From a virus (lineage: Duplodnaviria > Caudoviricetes), in the IMG/VR virus record IMGVR_UViG_3300021516_000018, positions 1 to 26,268 of that record: a DNA stretch of 26,268 nucleotides; one strand, written 5' to 3'. The notes below the pieces were generated by a model. It had not been told where the DNA came from, searched no databases, and saw only the letters and a list, made by a program, of their open reading frames with translations. Positions within the stretch are counted from its first letter, which is position 1. Every line of letters begins with the position of its first letter. The position numbers and the translations under genes are program-made. Shown piece after piece: positions 24,956 through 26,268 of this stretch.

Positions 24956-26025
24956 AACAAGCGCCCTTCGTGTTGGTTGGAGATCCTGGCCTCGGAGATC
25001 TTGTGGTATTCAGGGTCGCGTTCGATGCCGATGAACCGGAAGCCGTTGATGGTTGCAGCCTTGCCGGTTGAGCCAGAGCCCATAAATGGGTCGAGGATGG
25101 TTCCGCCTGGTTGAGTTATCAGACGGCAGAGGTAGGCCATTAGCATGGTCGGTTTGACGGTGGGGTGATTGTTCTCGGATTCTCGATCCACTTTCCCAGC
25201 CTTGGCTGTGTAGAAGAACCGGGCGCCGGACTTCAGCGACAATGCCGCCTCGTTGCTGCCGTCGTGGATGATGTTGGCAGGCCAACGGCCGACGCATTCA
25301 CGGCCGTCTGTTTCATTGTGCGATGAAACCGGCGTGACCGTTGTGCGGTGCTCCAGATTCTTGTTTCCGGCGCTTTGGTTTAGTCGAGTCTCTGTCCCTA
25401 CTCTGCACCCATCGACATTGATGGCGCCGGTGCCGTACTGGATCACATTGGCGGCCACCGTGCTGGAGAATGGCTTTCGGGCCATGGTGATCGGCTCCAG
25501 GGCAGGCTTTAGGGCGGTGCCCCAGCCGGACCACTTCTGGGCTTCGGGGGTGGCGGGGGCGGTTGCTGCCGCGTGGATATTGAGACCGGCTAAAGAACGG
25601 TCGGCAGTCGGATGACCTGGGCACTTTTCGCCGCGTGCGATGTGCGAGCAATAGGCCGCGCCCATCCCCAGCACCTCCCTCTCTGCCCCGGCCGCCTTGT
25701 CAATCGCCTTGCTGACATCCAGCGACTTCGGGAATCCCGACCCATACACCCAGGCGATGATGTCTCGAATCTCGAAGCCGGCGTCCTCGATCCTGCACGC
25801 CATCCTGTGCTGCGTCCTGGTGCCGGCAAATGCCAGCAGATGGCCTCCCGGCTTCAGCACCCGTAGACACTGCTCCCAGATGGCCACGCTCGGCACGTCG
25901 TAGTCCCACTTCTTGCCCATGAAGGACAGGCCGTAAGGCGGATCGGTCACGATGCTGTCGACCGAGTTGTCCGGTAGTGTGGCCAGAACATCGAGGCAGT
26001 CCCCCAGGTGTAGCTTGTAGGTCAT
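24952..26025 (-). CDS. DNA N6-adenine/N4-cytosine methyltransferase (beta class)
   Basis: GDCLDVL, TDPPY, HPTVKP, LDPFMGSGSTG; ATG 26025 in an ATGA overlap. Confidence 0.93.
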   Translation of the reverse strand: MTYKLHLGDCLDVLATLPDNSVDSIVTDPPYGLSFMGKKWDYDVPSVAIWEQCLRVLKPGGHLLAFAGTRTQHRMACRIEDAGFEIRDIIAWVYGSGFPKSLDVSKAIDKAAGAEREVLGMGAAYCSHIARGEKCPGHPTADRSLAGLNIHAAATAPATPEAQKWSGWGTALKPALEPITMARKPFSSTVAANVIQYGTGAINVDGCRVGTETRLNQSAGNKNLEHRTTVTPVSSHNETDGRECVGRWPANIIHDGSNEAALSLKSGARFFYTAKAGKVDRESENNHPTVKPTMLMAYLCRLITQPGGTILDPFMGSGSTGKAATINGFRFIGIERDPEYHKISEARISNQHEGRLF

Positions 26026-26268
26026 TTCCATGGGTCGGTGTTGTGTAGTGTCTTGAGCGCCACCTCCTGGACCCACCGGGTCAGCTCGCGCTCGGCGTGC
26101 TCGGGGTCGTGCGGTGCTATCCGGCCGGAGAGCTGCTTCGGCATGGCCTTAATGAGCGAGGCCACGGCGCCGTCATGCTCCTGCATCACCCGCCGCACCC
26201 AGTCGCCGGAGACTAGGCGGCGCTCCTTCTCGGCCTGGGTGATCACCTCGTCCCTGGCGCTTGTGAGG
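26022..26268 (-). CDS. Probable terminase small subunit, C-terminal part (5' end beyond window)
   Basis: EKERRLVS...LIKAMPKQLSGRIA resembles Nu1-like C-termini; upstream of the methylase and terL. Confidence 0.6.
   Translation of the reverse strand, partial: LTSARDEVITQAEKERRLVSGDWVRRVMQEHDGAVASLIKAMPKQLSGRIAPHDPEHAERELTRWVQEVALKTLHNTDPWK

Noticed and set aside
1-26268. tRNA, integrase or att site
   Set aside because: No cloverleaf/T-loop context or recombinase motifs were found by eye; lifestyle cannot be determined from this window.

Overview
A 26-kb segment of a tailed dsDNA phage (siphovirus-like, lambda-type packaging module) with every credible gene on the minus strand. In transcription order (high to low coordinates): small terminase (partial), DNA methyltransferase, GpA-family large terminase interrupted by one in-frame TAA, adaptor, lambda-like portal, ClpP-protease/major-capsid fusion, fibre proteins, holin/spanin-like genes with no adjacent endolysin, neck/tail genes with a short tape measure, an AT-richer 898-aa tail protein, and a phosphoesterase/wHTH/DUF1653-like trio. 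A candidate early promoter with a palindromic operator follows, then an i-type-lysozyme-like protein, an RHH protein, a RuvC-like resolvase, SSB, a sigma70-region-4/alphaCTD-like fusion, a PolB-like exonuclease, a replication initiator with iterons and DnaB (partial). No integrase, tRNA, CRISPR array or reverse transcriptase was seen. The most interesting features are: a two-copy two-hairpin RNA motif with loop-loop complementarity; an attenuator/leader-peptide element in front of the initiator; the sigma4-alphaCTD fusion; an internal capsid start inside the protease fusion; short putative docking peptides shared between structural proteins; and the terminase stop codon. All protein calls come from motif recognition by eye, with no database searches.
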